Positions 1 through 10,537 of a DNA stretch of 64,000 nucleotides are shown here, piece after piece. The notes below the pieces were generated by a model, which was not told the origin of the DNA, made no database searches, and saw only the letters and a list, made by a program, of their open reading frames with translations. Position numbers and translations under genes: made by a program. Position 1 is the stretch's first letter, and each line of letters begins with the position of its first letter. The DNA is taken from IMG/VR virus record IMGVR_UViG_3300049200_000099, positions 1 through 64,000 of that record; one strand, given 5' to 3'. Source of the DNA: a virus.

Positions 1-1
1 A

Positions 2-466
2 ACAAACGACTTTAAATTTGATTCCTTTACAAGCGTAGGTACCCAAATATTTGGTCATCGTGACCTGGAAACTTATGAACTTAATAAAGGATACATCGTT
101 AATAGTGGTCCTGTGACCTATAAGTTATTGGTTGGCGCTGCTCCAGAGGCTGCAATTGGAAAAGAATTTGTTGAAGTAAAAATTAATTCTACTGACGGCG
201 TGAAGCCAACTTCGATATTATTCCGTAAAAAAATTGATGGTCCTATAGTCTGCTCTTTGACCCCATCACTTTCTTCTCAGGGGGCTTTGTATGTGAAAGA
301 TTACAATGGATATAAGGGGCAAATTCCTCGCATGGATGTTCTTGTGAGCCCCGTCAGGGATCGTTTACAGGGGCGCGTTGTATTCTACGAAATTATTCAT
401 AACTTAGCCTCAGAGTTCAAGGTAATTGATTCTATACTTGAGTATAAACCTTTAAGATTAAAATAA
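2..466 (+). CDS. virion-module protein, C-terminal part (gene begins left of the window)
   Basis: The frame of listed ORF 113..466 has no stop back to base 2, so the GTG start at 113 is a window-edge artefact. The next gene starts 1 nt after its TAA. Confidence 0.6.
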   Translation, partial: TNDFKFDSFTSVGTQIFGHRDLETYELNKGYIVNSGPVTYKLLVGAAPEAAIGKEFVEVKINSTDGVKPTSILFRKKIDGPIVCSLTPSLSSQGALYVKDYNGYKGQIPRMDVLVSPVRDRLQGRVVFYEIIHNLASEFKVIDSILEYKPLRLK

Positions 467-467
467 C

Positions 468-1412
468 ATGGCGTGGCCAGCATTAGCAGCATTAGCAAAA
501 GGAGGCGCCGCAGCAGGCGGTGCAAGTTCAGCAGCAGGCGGGGGAGCCGCCGCTGGAGGAGCAGCAAAAGGTGGTGGTGGAATGATGAGTATGATGGGTA
601 AAATGGGTGGCGGTGGAGGCGGCGGAAACATGATGGGTGGATTGCAAGATCGTGCCAACATGCCAAAGCAAGCCGTAATGGGCCTCGCTTCCGGAATGCT
701 ACAAACTATTCAGGCTCAAAAATTGAAGCGTAAAGCAGAGTCTGCGATGCCAGGAATGATTGATCCCAACCAAGCTTCTTATCTTTCTGAATTAAATCAA
801 AAAAGAAAAGCTATTGATACCGGTGCAGATTTTGCAGCAGGCATGCAGACTATCGATCAGGGTAACGCTGCTACAAATGAAGCGATAACCCGTAATACTG
901 GTGGAAACGTTGCCTCTACCATACAATCTTTATTGCAATCCCAAAAGGTTGCCAGCGATGCTAAAAACAATGTCCTTGCCCAAGGCCAGCAACAACAACA
1001 GTTTTACAATGCTGCGTACGGGGGTTTGCTTGATCAAATTTCTGCAAGAAAGTTACAGTTGCAGATGTATCGCTCTCAACAGGCGCGTGGAGAGTGGGCG
1101 GCAAAACAACAGTCTGCCAACCAGAATTTAATGGCTGGAGTTGCTGGTTTAATGGAACAGAAACAGCAGTATGGCCAGCCGGTAACTACAAGCCCTATGG
1201 GCACAGGTCCTTCGAATATGCCTGTAGGAAATTCAACCGGTTTCAATCCGGTGATGGCAGAAAAGGCAGGACAGGCAATGGCTAAAAAACAAACATTCGG
1301 AAGCGATGCTTCTCCGGTTATAAATGAACAAGGCAACCTTGATGCAAGAAAACAGGTTTTTGGATCCGGTAAAAAAAATCCACTTGACTTTGGTAGCATT
1401 TTTAAAAAATAA
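468..1412 (+). CDS. virion-module protein with Gly/Ala/Met-rich N-terminus and Gln-rich body
   Basis: 314-aa ORF tightly packed with its neighbours. Residues about 10-60 are almost only G/A/S/M. No catalytic motif recognised. Confidence 0.6.
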   Translation: MAWPALAALAKGGAAAGGASSAAGGGAAAGGAAKGGGGMMSMMGKMGGGGGGGNMMGGLQDRANMPKQAVMGLASGMLQTIQAQKLKRKAESAMPGMIDPNQASYLSELNQKRKAIDTGADFAAGMQTIDQGNAATNEAITRNTGGNVASTIQSLLQSQKVASDAKNNVLAQGQQQQQFYNAAYGGLLDQISARKLQLQMYRSQQARGEWAAKQQSANQNLMAGVAGLMEQKQQYGQPVTTSPMGTGPSNMPVGNSTGFNPVMAEKAGQAMAKKQTFGSDASPVINEQGNLDARKQVFGSGKKNPLDFGSIFKK

Positions 1413-3062
1413 ATGGCAAAAGAAGTAAATCAGGAGTCTCTTGACCTGTTAGGCAGCATTCAGCCAAAAGGTCAAGCAGATTTTACAACTGATGACATAG
1501 CTAATTACACTCCTCCTGACCTTACCACAGATCAGATGAATACTTATCGTCAGAGTCAGCAGACTCCGTCTACGGGTGCTTTGCCAAACTCTACGTATTA
1601 TCCCGATATGGGTAAGCAGATATCTGTAGGTGGCTATAGTGGAAGCCTCATTGGAAGCACTACTTTATTTGCGCCAGGCGGCGGAGTTGTTCCAATAGGA
1701 ATGATGGATGCGAGGGACCTAGCGGTACAAAAAGCTGCGATGCAAAAATCAAAAGAAATTGAAGATTTCAGAAAACAATTTCAGGCGCCAACAACAAAAC
1801 TTACAAACATTCAACCAGAGTTGAGCAATCAATATATCGATTATGTTCAAAAGTCATGGCAGGGAGCTCTACGTAAATCAGGCGGTGATGCCAAGATGGC
1901 CACAGAGTACTTAAAGAATGATAGTAATTTTGTAAAGAAGGAAAGGGCATATCAGGACCTTGCCCGTAACGGAAATGCTATAGTTGAAAAAATTGCCCAG
2001 GATGAAGAAGAAATAAAAACAGGAAGGTTTACACCCACTCCCGGATACAAAGAAGCGAAAAATAAAATAATGACAGCGCTGAATCCTTCTCATCCGGAAT
2101 TTCAGAATCTTGGGAATAATTTCAGGAAGTTGCAGGTTGAAAGGGATTTTGCGGATTCGTTTAATGATGTGACTAAAAAAATGGTTGCTGATCAGGCGGG
2201 TATTGCCTATGCCGATATTGACAGTAATCCGGAGTTTGCTAAAATCTACGAGGAAACTGTTAGTCAGTGGTCACCGGAACAAAAAGAAGCGGTAGCTAGA
2301 ACCCTGGAGCAAAACTTTTATCCTGGCAGCGATTACTGGACACCGGATCGTATTTCACAAAATGTTAGTGGGCTTATGTCCGGTAAACAGCAAAAGAAAA
2401 ATATTTCTCTAAACCAGAAGCATGAGGCCGATGGTGCTGGTTACAAATATGAAGATAGTGATATCTCCCAGGAACCAAGTTCAACTAATGTTTATACTAA
2501 AACAACCGGTGGTGGTTCTGCCCAGGGTGAGGTTGTTGGAGATTACGGCGTGACCCATAAAAAACCAATTAAAGCCATTGTTCCTAACGGACGCACAATA
2601 TATATAAACGATCCTGAAAAGGGGTTGATCAAAACTTCTGAGGTTAACCCAAATGCAGCAACTCAGCTTATTAAAACGCAACTGGTGAAGGTTTATGATG
2701 GTCCGGCTAAAGAACATGAAGGAACGCCTTTAAGCGAAGAGCAAATCAAATCAGGTCGTCCATGGAAATGGGGAGTAATGACTACCGGCGTAACAACAGA
2801 AGGAACCGGTGAAGATAAAAAGGAAACGCAATTTTTTATTCCAGCCAAGGAAGTTGAAAATATACTTGTAAAGAAAAAAGATCAAAAAGGTGCTGTTATA
2901 AACGGAGTACCTATTGATAAATTACAGACAGAAGCGGATAAGCGAAATTCTTCTAAAAAAACAGGTGGCACTTACACTATAAAAGGTAAAAAATATTCCC
3001 TATCAGCTTTGCAGGAAATGGGATATAACGAATCGCAACTTTCATCTTATAAAGATAAATAA
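1413..3062 (+). CDS. hypothetical virion-module protein
   Basis: 549-aa ORF. Its ATG directly follows the upstream TAA, within a same-strand packed block. Confidence 0.6.
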   Translation: MAKEVNQESLDLLGSIQPKGQADFTTDDIANYTPPDLTTDQMNTYRQSQQTPSTGALPNSTYYPDMGKQISVGGYSGSLIGSTTLFAPGGGVVPIGMMDARDLAVQKAAMQKSKEIEDFRKQFQAPTTKLTNIQPELSNQYIDYVQKSWQGALRKSGGDAKMATEYLKNDSNFVKKERAYQDLARNGNAIVEKIAQDEEEIKTGRFTPTPGYKEAKNKIMTALNPSHPEFQNLGNNFRKLQVERDFADSFNDVTKKMVADQAGIAYADIDSNPEFAKIYEETVSQWSPEQKEAVARTLEQNFYPGSDYWTPDRISQNVSGLMSGKQQKKNISLNQKHEADGAGYKYEDSDISQEPSSTNVYTKTTGGGSAQGEVVGDYGVTHKKPIKAIVPNGRTIYINDPEKGLIKTSEVNPNAATQLIKTQLVKVYDGPAKEHEGTPLSEEQIKSGRPWKWGVMTTGVTTEGTGEDKKETQFFIPAKEVENILVKKKDQKGAVINGVPIDKLQTEADKRNSSKKTGGTYTIKGKKYSLSALQEMGYNESQLSSYKDK

Positions 3063-6000
3063 TGGCCGGAGAAAATAAAGATAAAGATCCACTTGGAATT
3101 TTAGCTGCTGGTAGTGATACTAACAATACTGTGGACCCTCTTGGTATTTTGGATCAGCCATTAAAAAAAAAAGAACCTTTAGTATCGGAATCCACTACAG
3201 TTCCGGTGACACCCAATACCAGTGCTCCATCTGTTGTGGCGGGTGGTACATCAGGATTGAAATCAGAGCCATCAACATACCAGTGGGATCCAGCGAAGGA
3301 ACAACAGAGGATGTTCTCGGGAAACACGACTCAGCTGGGGAACAAGCTTGAGGTTGAAAAAAAGCCGTTAGCTGTAGGCACTACAGCATCTTCTCCTAAC
3401 CTTGGAACCGGAAATCAATCCGTCTTACGAAATCAGGTTAAAACGCAGCAAGATGCTGATGTAAAAAAAGTTTCAGATTATTACGATTCTTACCTAAAGA
3501 AAAAATCTGCTGCCCAATTACCTCCAACGGATGACGATTCTGTTAATTTTTACCTGGAGTACATAAAGGAAAACGATCCAGACGAATACAACTATACCCT
3601 TGATAAGTTTAAAAATTTATCGAATGACAAGGACAACACTTTGCTGTTTGAAAAATTCAAAGCGGAGCAAATGGAGAAGGCTTTAGCGCTCAAAACAAAA
3701 GCCTTTAGCGGCAAGTACCAGTTGGCGAAGAATAATATTGATAATTATTATAAAGATAAGCTGGATACATTTAAACAGGCTGACAATTCTTCCAGAAGTA
3801 TTGTTTCCGAAATTCAAAACATAGATACTCAGCTGGCTGGTTATGAAAGAGACCAAAATGGTGCCATAATCACTAATTCCGGTAACAGGAAAGAGGTTGA
3901 GAATTTTCTTAAAGAGCGTGAAACAAAAATAACCGAACTCGGATCTCATTCCAAAACTATTGAGGACTTAAAAGCTGATCAGGATTTTAATGATGCCGCA
4001 ACGCTTTTAGACGAGGTGAATGAGCAGTATAAAGATGTTGCCGGCAGATACAGATCGGTTGCAGAAAAGGATCCGGAAGCGTTTAGATCATTACCTGAGT
4101 TTCAGAAATTATTGAAAGAAAATCAAGCAACAAAAAGGCAACAAGAATTGGGAGGTTCGGTATCAGTAGCCGATCCAACAGGATTATCCCAGTCGATCGG
4201 AAGAGCGGTTACTAATTTTGCTTCTAAAATGGCCTTTGTTCCAAAATCGCTTACCGATAACTCTCAATACGGATGGACGGATAAGCTGTATGATGTAACA
4301 AAATCTTCAATAGATGACTTTAATGACGAGTACCAGTCACTGCCATCAGGGTACGAAAAGCCTATTCTGGAGAATGGCAATTGGAATTTAAAATATTTGC
4401 CGGCCAAAGTTGCTGGTACGGTTACTGATATGGGGTTAATGCTTATACCAGCAGTGGCTACCGAAGGATCGATAGCTGCCTTGGGTGTAACCGGTGACCT
4501 TGCATCCGGCATGGGCACATTTGCTTCTGGATACATGATGTCAGCTTCTGACTATTACGAACAGGCCAAACAGGCTGGACTAAGCGATAAGGAAGCTACA
4601 TCGTTTTCGCGATCAGTAGCTATGCAACAAGCGCTATTGGAATTGGTATCTCCAAATAAAGAGCTTTTAAAGCCCTCGTTGCTGAAAAAATCTTTTGACG
4701 ATGTTGCCTCAACCCTTGTAAAAGGAGCGTCTAAGAAGGAGGCGTTCATTGAAACAGCAAAAGAATTTTTAAATAAAACCGGAAAAGAGATTACCCAGGA
4801 AGAATTACAAACACTTGACGAGATTGTAAATAATTATGCGATCAACGAGGTTTCCGGAGCTAATGAAAGCGCCCGCCAGGGAATAGGTGAGCAAATGGTA
4901 GAGACTGCTATTATCACTGCCCTTTCTGCTGGTTTAATGTCAGGTAAATCTTCTGTAAAAACAAAATCTCAACTGTATAGCGAGTCGCTTTATATGGCTG
5001 CCAATAATCCTGAAAAAATGATGGAGACAATTGGTAGGCTGGTGAATGATGGTGCACTGCATCAAATGAAAGCGGATAATATTATCCAAAACATTGAAAT
5101 GGCCAGCCAGGCACTTACTAAAATTGATTCTAGGTTGCCTGATGATAAAAAGGCTAAAGCGCTTCCGTTGGTAATGGATAAGATGAAATTGGAAGAAGAG
5201 AAACGAAACCTTGACGCTTCGTTTCATGAGTCCAAAATGCAGGAGATAACTGAAAAAGAAGAGGAGATAAAAAAAATAGTTACTGGTGATTCCGATGTCG
5301 AGGCATCTCTTAAAGAAAAAGAAGAGTTGGATGATCTCCTTTGGGAAAAGGATAACGTTGGACTGAATACCGAACAGGAATCCAGGTTAACAGATTTATC
5401 TAAAAAATTAAATGTTGTTCAGGAAGAAAAGCAGGAAGGCGAGAAAGAAACTCCTGCTGCCAAAAAGGCAGAAAAAAAACCTACTGAAAAGAAAGAAAAG
5501 CCTGCCTCCAAAAAAGCTGAACTAACCAAAGAAATAAAAACGGAAGAGCCCTCTGTAGTAGTTGAGAAAAAAGAAGATGTTCCTGTTGCAGAAGAAGCCC
5601 CGGCCGAGATCGCTAAAGTTGAAGAGGCTGTAAAGCAAAACCAACTGGATTTTTTTAATGAAAAGATAACTGCCAAAGAATACAATGACAAAAATGATGA
5701 GTTACAGGAACAACTTAAACCAAAAATAAATGAAAACAAAGAAACCGAAAAAACCGATGAAGCCAAAGCCGAAGTATTAGATACTCCGGTGGCTGAAAAA
5801 AAAGTTACTGCTCAGGCAGTTTCAGGGACAACAGTTAAGGAGCCTTCTGTAAAAAAGGAGGTTCCTGTCACTGTTGTAAAAAAAGAAAAGCCAAAACAGG
5901 AATTGATCGATGAAGAAGAGGTGCTGGAATCTACAAAAGAAGATGATAAGGCTTCTGTTGATCGATTGAATCTTGATATGGAGGCCATGAAGCAGATTGG

Positions 6001-7234
6001 AAAAGTTGTTAAGGATAGCCCTAAAAAAACAGCACAGGAGATCTCTGATCTTGCTATTAAAAAATATAAAGCTGTCCTGGAGCGTGCATTTAAAATGAAG
6101 GAAGAAGGTAAAATTTCCAAACCTACATTTACAAAGTATAAAAAAATGGCCCAGCAGATACTTACCGGCTCCGGTGACTTTAAGGGTAAGTTGAATGTTG
6201 AAGGTGAGAACGCTAAATATAAAGTTGTTCAGGCTGCCGAAGAGGTAAAGAAAAAATTACTCGGTGAAGGATATAAGAATTTTGTTCTTTCTGCGCCTGG
6301 TTTTGGTCCCAAACAGGTTGCCGACCTTGTTGATCTCACTACAAAAATAATTACCAAAAGTATTGATGCGGGAATGACCGTAAAGGAGGCTGTAGAAAAA
6401 GCCCTGGAGAAAATCAAAACACATCCAAAGTATAAGAAGTTTTCAGCCCAAGGTGATATTAACGACAAGGAATTTTCTAAAATTGTAAAAAAGAATTTCA
6501 AAATTGAAGAAGAGTCCCAGGTTGAAAATGGTGATATCGCCGGTGAAAAAAGAAAGCGATCTATATCTGCCCGCGTTGTTGAGAATGAAGATAAATTTGA
6601 AGAGGTAGCAAAGCGGTTGAAAGAAAAAGGTATTGAGTACACAAGTATCGATCAAAAGAAAGCTACACAGCTTATAAAGGATGTGATATCAGAATACGAA
6701 AAAGATAATCTGTTAATTGACCTGGCAGATCAGATCGTAACCGGGCAGTCGAATATACCATACGAAATACAAGGATTGACCGCAGCAAAATTAACTGATC
6801 GATTGAATGTTCTTGCAGAGCAGGAAACAAATGAATTTACTAAAAACGCTACCTATGACAAGGCGGCTGAGCTTGCAATGTGGTGGGCTCAGGAATCTAC
6901 CAAGGCTGGTCAATTTAATGGTGTAGTAAACCAGGAGATAGCCAATTCGTTGCCGTCAAGTAAAGAAGGTTTGCGTACATTTGCGGCAAAGGAGATCGAG
7001 AAAACTCACGACTTGCTTTTATCTGAAAAGGAAAAAAAGCAAATTGAAAAATTGACAAAGGAATTTAAGGAAGGTATGACGGAAATGGATTTGGATGCAA
7101 AGGAAAAAGCTATTCTTGAAAATATGGTTACCGAAAAGATACGTCAGATGTCAGAAAAATTGAAAGGCAAAGAATTTGTTACCTCTGTAAAAACAGCAAT
7201 GGCAAGTTTAAAAATGGATTTAGCAGATTGTTAA
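3062..7234 (+). CDS. very large structural protein (tape-measure-like or internal virion protein)
   Basis: 1390-aa ORF whose start overlaps the upstream stop (TAATG). It has long K/E-rich coiled-coil-type tracts, a central PAAKK/EKK low-complexity region and a hydrophobic G/A-rich segment (LMLIPAVATEGSIAALGVTG). Confidence 0.55.
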   Translation: MAGENKDKDPLGILAAGSDTNNTVDPLGILDQPLKKKEPLVSESTTVPVTPNTSAPSVVAGGTSGLKSEPSTYQWDPAKEQQRMFSGNTTQLGNKLEVEKKPLAVGTTASSPNLGTGNQSVLRNQVKTQQDADVKKVSDYYDSYLKKKSAAQLPPTDDDSVNFYLEYIKENDPDEYNYTLDKFKNLSNDKDNTLLFEKFKAEQMEKALALKTKAFSGKYQLAKNNIDNYYKDKLDTFKQADNSSRSIVSEIQNIDTQLAGYERDQNGAIITNSGNRKEVENFLKERETKITELGSHSKTIEDLKADQDFNDAATLLDEVNEQYKDVAGRYRSVAEKDPEAFRSLPEFQKLLKENQATKRQQELGGSVSVADPTGLSQSIGRAVTNFASKMAFVPKSLTDNSQYGWTDKLYDVTKSSIDDFNDEYQSLPSGYEKPILENGNWNLKYLPAKVAGTVTDMGLMLIPAVATEGSIAALGVTGDLASGMGTFASGYMMSASDYYEQAKQAGLSDKEATSFSRSVAMQQALLELVSPNKELLKPSLLKKSFDDVASTLVKGASKKEAFIETAKEFLNKTGKEITQEELQTLDEIVNNYAINEVSGANESARQGIGEQMVETAIITALSAGLMSGKSSVKTKSQLYSESLYMAANNPEKMMETIGRLVNDGALHQMKADNIIQNIEMASQALTKIDSRLPDDKKAKALPLVMDKMKLEEEKRNLDASFHESKMQEITEKEEEIKKIVTGDSDVEASLKEKEELDDLLWEKDNVGLNTEQESRLTDLSKKLNVVQEEKQEGEKETPAAKKAEKKPTEKKEKPASKKAELTKEIKTEEPSVVVEKKEDVPVAEEAPAEIAKVEEAVKQNQLDFFNEKITAKEYNDKNDELQEQLKPKINENKETEKTDEAKAEVLDTPVAEKKVTAQAVSGTTVKEPSVKKEVPVTVVKKEKPKQELIDEEEVLESTKEDDKASVDRLNLDMEAMKQIGKVVKDSPKKTAQEISDLAIKKYKAVLERAFKMKEEGKISKPTFTKYKKMAQQILTGSGDFKGKLNVEGENAKYKVVQAAEEVKKKLLGEGYKNFVLSAPGFGPKQVADLVDLTTKIITKSIDAGMTVKEAVEKALEKIKTHPKYKKFSAQGDINDKEFSKIVKKNFKIEEESQVENGDIAGEKRKRSISARVVENEDKFEEVAKRLKEKGIEYTSIDQKKATQLIKDVISEYEKDNLLIDLADQIVTGQSNIPYEIQGLTAAKLTDRLNVLAEQETNEFTKNATYDKAAELAMWWAQESTKAGQFNGVVNQEIANSLPSSKEGLRTFAAKEIEKTHDLLLSEKEKKQIEKLTKEFKEGMTEMDLDAKEKAILENMVTEKIRQMSEKLKGKEFVTSVKTAMASLKMDLADC

Positions 7235-7235
7235 G

Positions 7236-9902
7236 ATGTCAAAATGTGATATAAAAACAGTAGCAGAGGCGTGGAACGCCGGAATTGATTCTTTTGAAAG
7301 CGCATTCCTGCTCAGTGATAGCCCAACCAAGGCTATACGATTTGCTTTGTCCGAAATAAAAGAGAAGTATCCCGACATAGATTTTTCTACTGAAAGTTTT
7401 ACGAATCCGCTTATTGAAACATTGAAGGCGAATAAAATTGTTTCTGAGAGTTATAAATTTAAAGGTGATGCAAAAAGCCAGGTTGAAAAAATAGTTTCTA
7501 AATTCGAGGGCCTTGATGAAAAGCAGTCGAAAGAAATGTCTGGAAAGATATTCGAAAAGTTTTTTCAAAAAGGTGACATTTCTGAGCAGGATGTAAAAAA
7601 CGCATTTGCTCAGATGAAGGGATATCCTTCAATAACTCCTGAATTTAATAAACTTATTGACCAGGTTGCCGCCGACAGGCAAGCGTATGAATCAATAGAA
7701 AATGAGATAAAAGGAATACTCGGGCAAATTCAAACACTTAAAAAGAACAAGGAATACTCGAAAGAAAAAGATTCTGAATTCAGTGATCGCCTTACGCAGT
7801 TAAAAAAAGAACAGAATGTTGCCCTAGAGAATTATTTAAAGTCTGACCTGGCATTTGGAGAACATCTTTCTAAAGGAAGGCATTGGGTATATCAGTTTGG
7901 TGATATAATGAAGATGAACCTGATGACGCCGGTATCTCTTTTAAAGAATACTTCCGGAATGATCGGAGACACACTGTTTAGAAATTTTTCTAATCTTATT
8001 TCGGCTCCAGTTTCATCTACAGTGTTATTGGTCCGCCGGGCTCTTAAAAAAACTGACGCTACATTTTCATCTATTCCTTTGTTGTCAAAAACAGAAGGCG
8101 CTTTTAAGGGAAGCGCTAACGCAAAAGCAAAACTGTATGCTAAATATGGAACAGATCCTGTTTATAACGATCAGATAAGAACACCGAATTACATTGACGG
8201 GATGCGTAATGTTCGTAAAATTCTTGAAGGAGACAAAACACCACTTAATACACTGGCTGCTGTTTTTAAATTATCACCATCTATCATTACGCGCGGGCTA
8301 GGTAGCCCTGATTTCTTTTTTCAGGAAATGTCGGAAGTGTCTGAACTCAATCGCATTGGAAAAGAAAAAGGATATGATGGCGCTGAACTTAAAGCATTTC
8401 TGTTAGCTCCGGACCCAGAGTCTTTAAAGCTGGCAAGAGACTATGCAAAAAAAGTCACCTATAAGCAGGATATGCCCCTGGAGGAGTTTTTTAGAAGTAA
8501 ATTGGATTTCGCTCAGATTGGAGATAAGATGATCGAAAATGGGGGGAATCCATTCCTTGTGAGATTAGGCACGGGGGTTGGTCATGTTATAAAGAATTTG
8601 ATAATGCCGTTTACCAAAACCCCTATAAACCTATTGCGCTCTGCAAACAAGATAGTTCTTCCGGAGTACACCCTTATCAAAGGGCTGTATGAAGCATCAA
8701 AAATAACCAACGGTGATCAGAAAACAAATAAAATAATTACCAGTATATCGGACGCTACAGTGGGGTTTCACTTGCGCATGATTGCATTGAATATGGTTGC
8801 TCAGGGTTTGATATCGGCCGGCTATGATGATGAGGAACAAAAAACAAAAGAGATCGTTGAAAAGAAAGCCGGCGGATCAAACAGGGTAAACATAAATGCA
8901 CTATGGCGTGGATTGACGTTTCAAGAAATTAAAGAACGACCAGGAGATACTTATACCGACATCAATGCGCTTGGAACTGTAGGTATTGCCCTAGGGGCAT
9001 ACGCGCATGCGTATAACAAATATGGCAAGGATGATCTCCAAAATGAAATTGATTATTTAAAAAATGGTAATTATTTAAAAATACCAGCGAAAGCCGCTCT
9101 GTCAGAATTATCATCATCGCTTGATTTTACTTTCTTTTCTGGATTTAATGAAGCGGCCCGGGCAATTCGGGACGAAAGTGGATATGCTCTGGATAAATAT
9201 ATTCAAAACAGCATGATGACAATGATGGGTGGCATTTTGCCAGGAACACACCAGCTCTTGTCAAAAGCTGAAACTCCAGAGCGAATCAAAACTTATGATA
9301 AAGATTTAACATTTGGGCAAAATGTGTACAATCAGTTTGGATACCGTTTCCTGTTTGGAAAGGGTATCGATCCATCACTTAACTATAACGCTCTCACAGA
9401 AAAAGGAGAGAGTGCTGTTAAAGTAAAAGACCACTATTTGTTTGATGATTATTGGGGCCGGTTGTTGGCTTCTGCGGATCCGTTTAAATCCAAAATTATA
9501 AATAACCCAAATACACCTACTTACAAAATATACCAGGCGATGCGTACCGTTGAAAAGAAGGAGCGCGAGAAATTTATGCCGCCAATGGTGAATGATGAGA
9601 TCAATGTAGGAACCCGCAAAAAGCCGGTATATGCCAATCTTAACAAAGAACAGTATACCTACCTGCAACAACAGGCCAGTATGCACAGGATGTTGTTGGT
9701 AACGCCTTTTGTTATGAGTCAGGATTTCGAAACCATGGATTTCGAAACCAAAACCGATGTTCTGCAAGGATTGTATAAGAAGGGTAGAGAACAGGCCATT
9801 AATGAATTGAAGCTTAGGTATCCTGATCTTAGGAAAACGGGTACAAAGGGCCAGAAGGCCTCTAAAAAGGATGCCGAAAAGCTTATTAAGAAGTACAGTT
9901 AG
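7236..9902 (+). CDS. large structural protein (888 aa), function unknown
   Basis: Long ORF starting 1 nt after the upstream stop. It lies between the giant protein and the fibre genes. Confidence 0.55.
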   Translation: MSKCDIKTVAEAWNAGIDSFESAFLLSDSPTKAIRFALSEIKEKYPDIDFSTESFTNPLIETLKANKIVSESYKFKGDAKSQVEKIVSKFEGLDEKQSKEMSGKIFEKFFQKGDISEQDVKNAFAQMKGYPSITPEFNKLIDQVAADRQAYESIENEIKGILGQIQTLKKNKEYSKEKDSEFSDRLTQLKKEQNVALENYLKSDLAFGEHLSKGRHWVYQFGDIMKMNLMTPVSLLKNTSGMIGDTLFRNFSNLISAPVSSTVLLVRRALKKTDATFSSIPLLSKTEGAFKGSANAKAKLYAKYGTDPVYNDQIRTPNYIDGMRNVRKILEGDKTPLNTLAAVFKLSPSIITRGLGSPDFFFQEMSEVSELNRIGKEKGYDGAELKAFLLAPDPESLKLARDYAKKVTYKQDMPLEEFFRSKLDFAQIGDKMIENGGNPFLVRLGTGVGHVIKNLIMPFTKTPINLLRSANKIVLPEYTLIKGLYEASKITNGDQKTNKIITSISDATVGFHLRMIALNMVAQGLISAGYDDEEQKTKEIVEKKAGGSNRVNINALWRGLTFQEIKERPGDTYTDINALGTVGIALGAYAHAYNKYGKDDLQNEIDYLKNGNYLKIPAKAALSELSSSLDFTFFSGFNEAARAIRDESGYALDKYIQNSMMTMMGGILPGTHQLLSKAETPERIKTYDKDLTFGQNVYNQFGYRFLFGKGIDPSLNYNALTEKGESAVKVKDHYLFDDYWGRLLASADPFKSKIINNPNTPTYKIYQAMRTVEKKEREKFMPPMVNDEINVGTRKKPVYANLNKEQYTYLQQQASMHRMLLVTPFVMSQDFETMDFETKTDVLQGLYKKGREQAINELKLRYPDLRKTGTKGQKASKKDAEKLIKKYS

Positions 9903-9946
9903 GCCAGATCCCTTATTTAGAATGATTCTATTTAAGAAAAAATTAC

Positions 9947-9954
9947 TATTTTTG
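9947..9954 (+). promoter_or_regulatory. candidate Bacteroidota -7 box TATTTTTG
   Basis: Matches TAnnTTTG in the 56-nt intergenic gap. Its G lies 5 nt before the ATG at 9959. Confidence 0.4.
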
Positions 9955-9958
9955 CTTC

Positions 9959-10525
9959 ATGTCAGGGCTTTCCTACCAAATATCCATTACAGAAGAAGGT
10001 GTAAGTTCCATCTTTATTCACGATTGCACGGGTCGATATAGTTATAAAAATGAAGGTGGTTTTGGTAAGCCAAATTTTGAATTAAAGGACATCAAGTCCT
10101 CTTTCTTATATATAACAGTTCCCCACGCAACAGAGCCGGTTAAAATCGACGTTACCGGTGTGTTTCCAAACAAAGAAGAAAACGGTTATGAAATATTGCC
10201 GTTTATGCTTGGACTTCCGAATAATGAAATAACAAGTGGGGAATACAAAGTAAAAGCTGAAATATCCGGTACAGACAAAAATGGGGTTGAATGGATCAGG
10301 ACAGTCCTGATTGCCAAAGTCTTTATTAACCAGGTTGTTTGCTGTGTTGACAAAATGCAGAAAATAGTTGATAAAGACGCCTTCAAAGATGAAAAGCAGA
10401 AATTAGCTATTGAACTTAGTAATTTAATTGAGTCTGTAAAGCATGGTGTTGATTGTGAATTGAACTCTACGGTTGTGGAAACCATCGAGTATATCAGAGC
10501 ACAGTGCCAGTGTTGCGGATGTTAA
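9959..10525 (+). CDS. tail-fibre-module protein ending in Cys cluster CQCCGC
   Basis: 188-aa ORF. The C-terminus is ...RAQCQCCGC, and there is an internal VVCCVD. Confidence 0.55.
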   Translation: MSGLSYQISITEEGVSSIFIHDCTGRYSYKNEGGFGKPNFELKDIKSSFLYITVPHATEPVKIDVTGVFPNKEENGYEILPFMLGLPNNEITSGEYKVKAEISGTDKNGVEWIRTVLIAKVFINQVVCCVDKMQKIVDKDAFKDEKQKLAIELSNLIESVKHGVDCELNSTVVETIEYIRAQCQCCGC

Positions 10526-10537
10526 ACTTTTATATCA

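Noticed and set aside
397-666. Two antisense ORFs (397..666 and 458..661) rich in Pro/Leu/Ala
   Set aside because: They are artefacts of the GGN/GCN low-complexity coding tract of gene 468..1412.
3683-6655. Multiple 64-137-aa minus-strand ORFs inside the 1390-aa gene
   Set aside because: They lie antisense to K/E-rich (AAR/GAR) coding sequence, which is naturally poor in antisense stops. They have Ser/Phe/Leu-rich junk composition.
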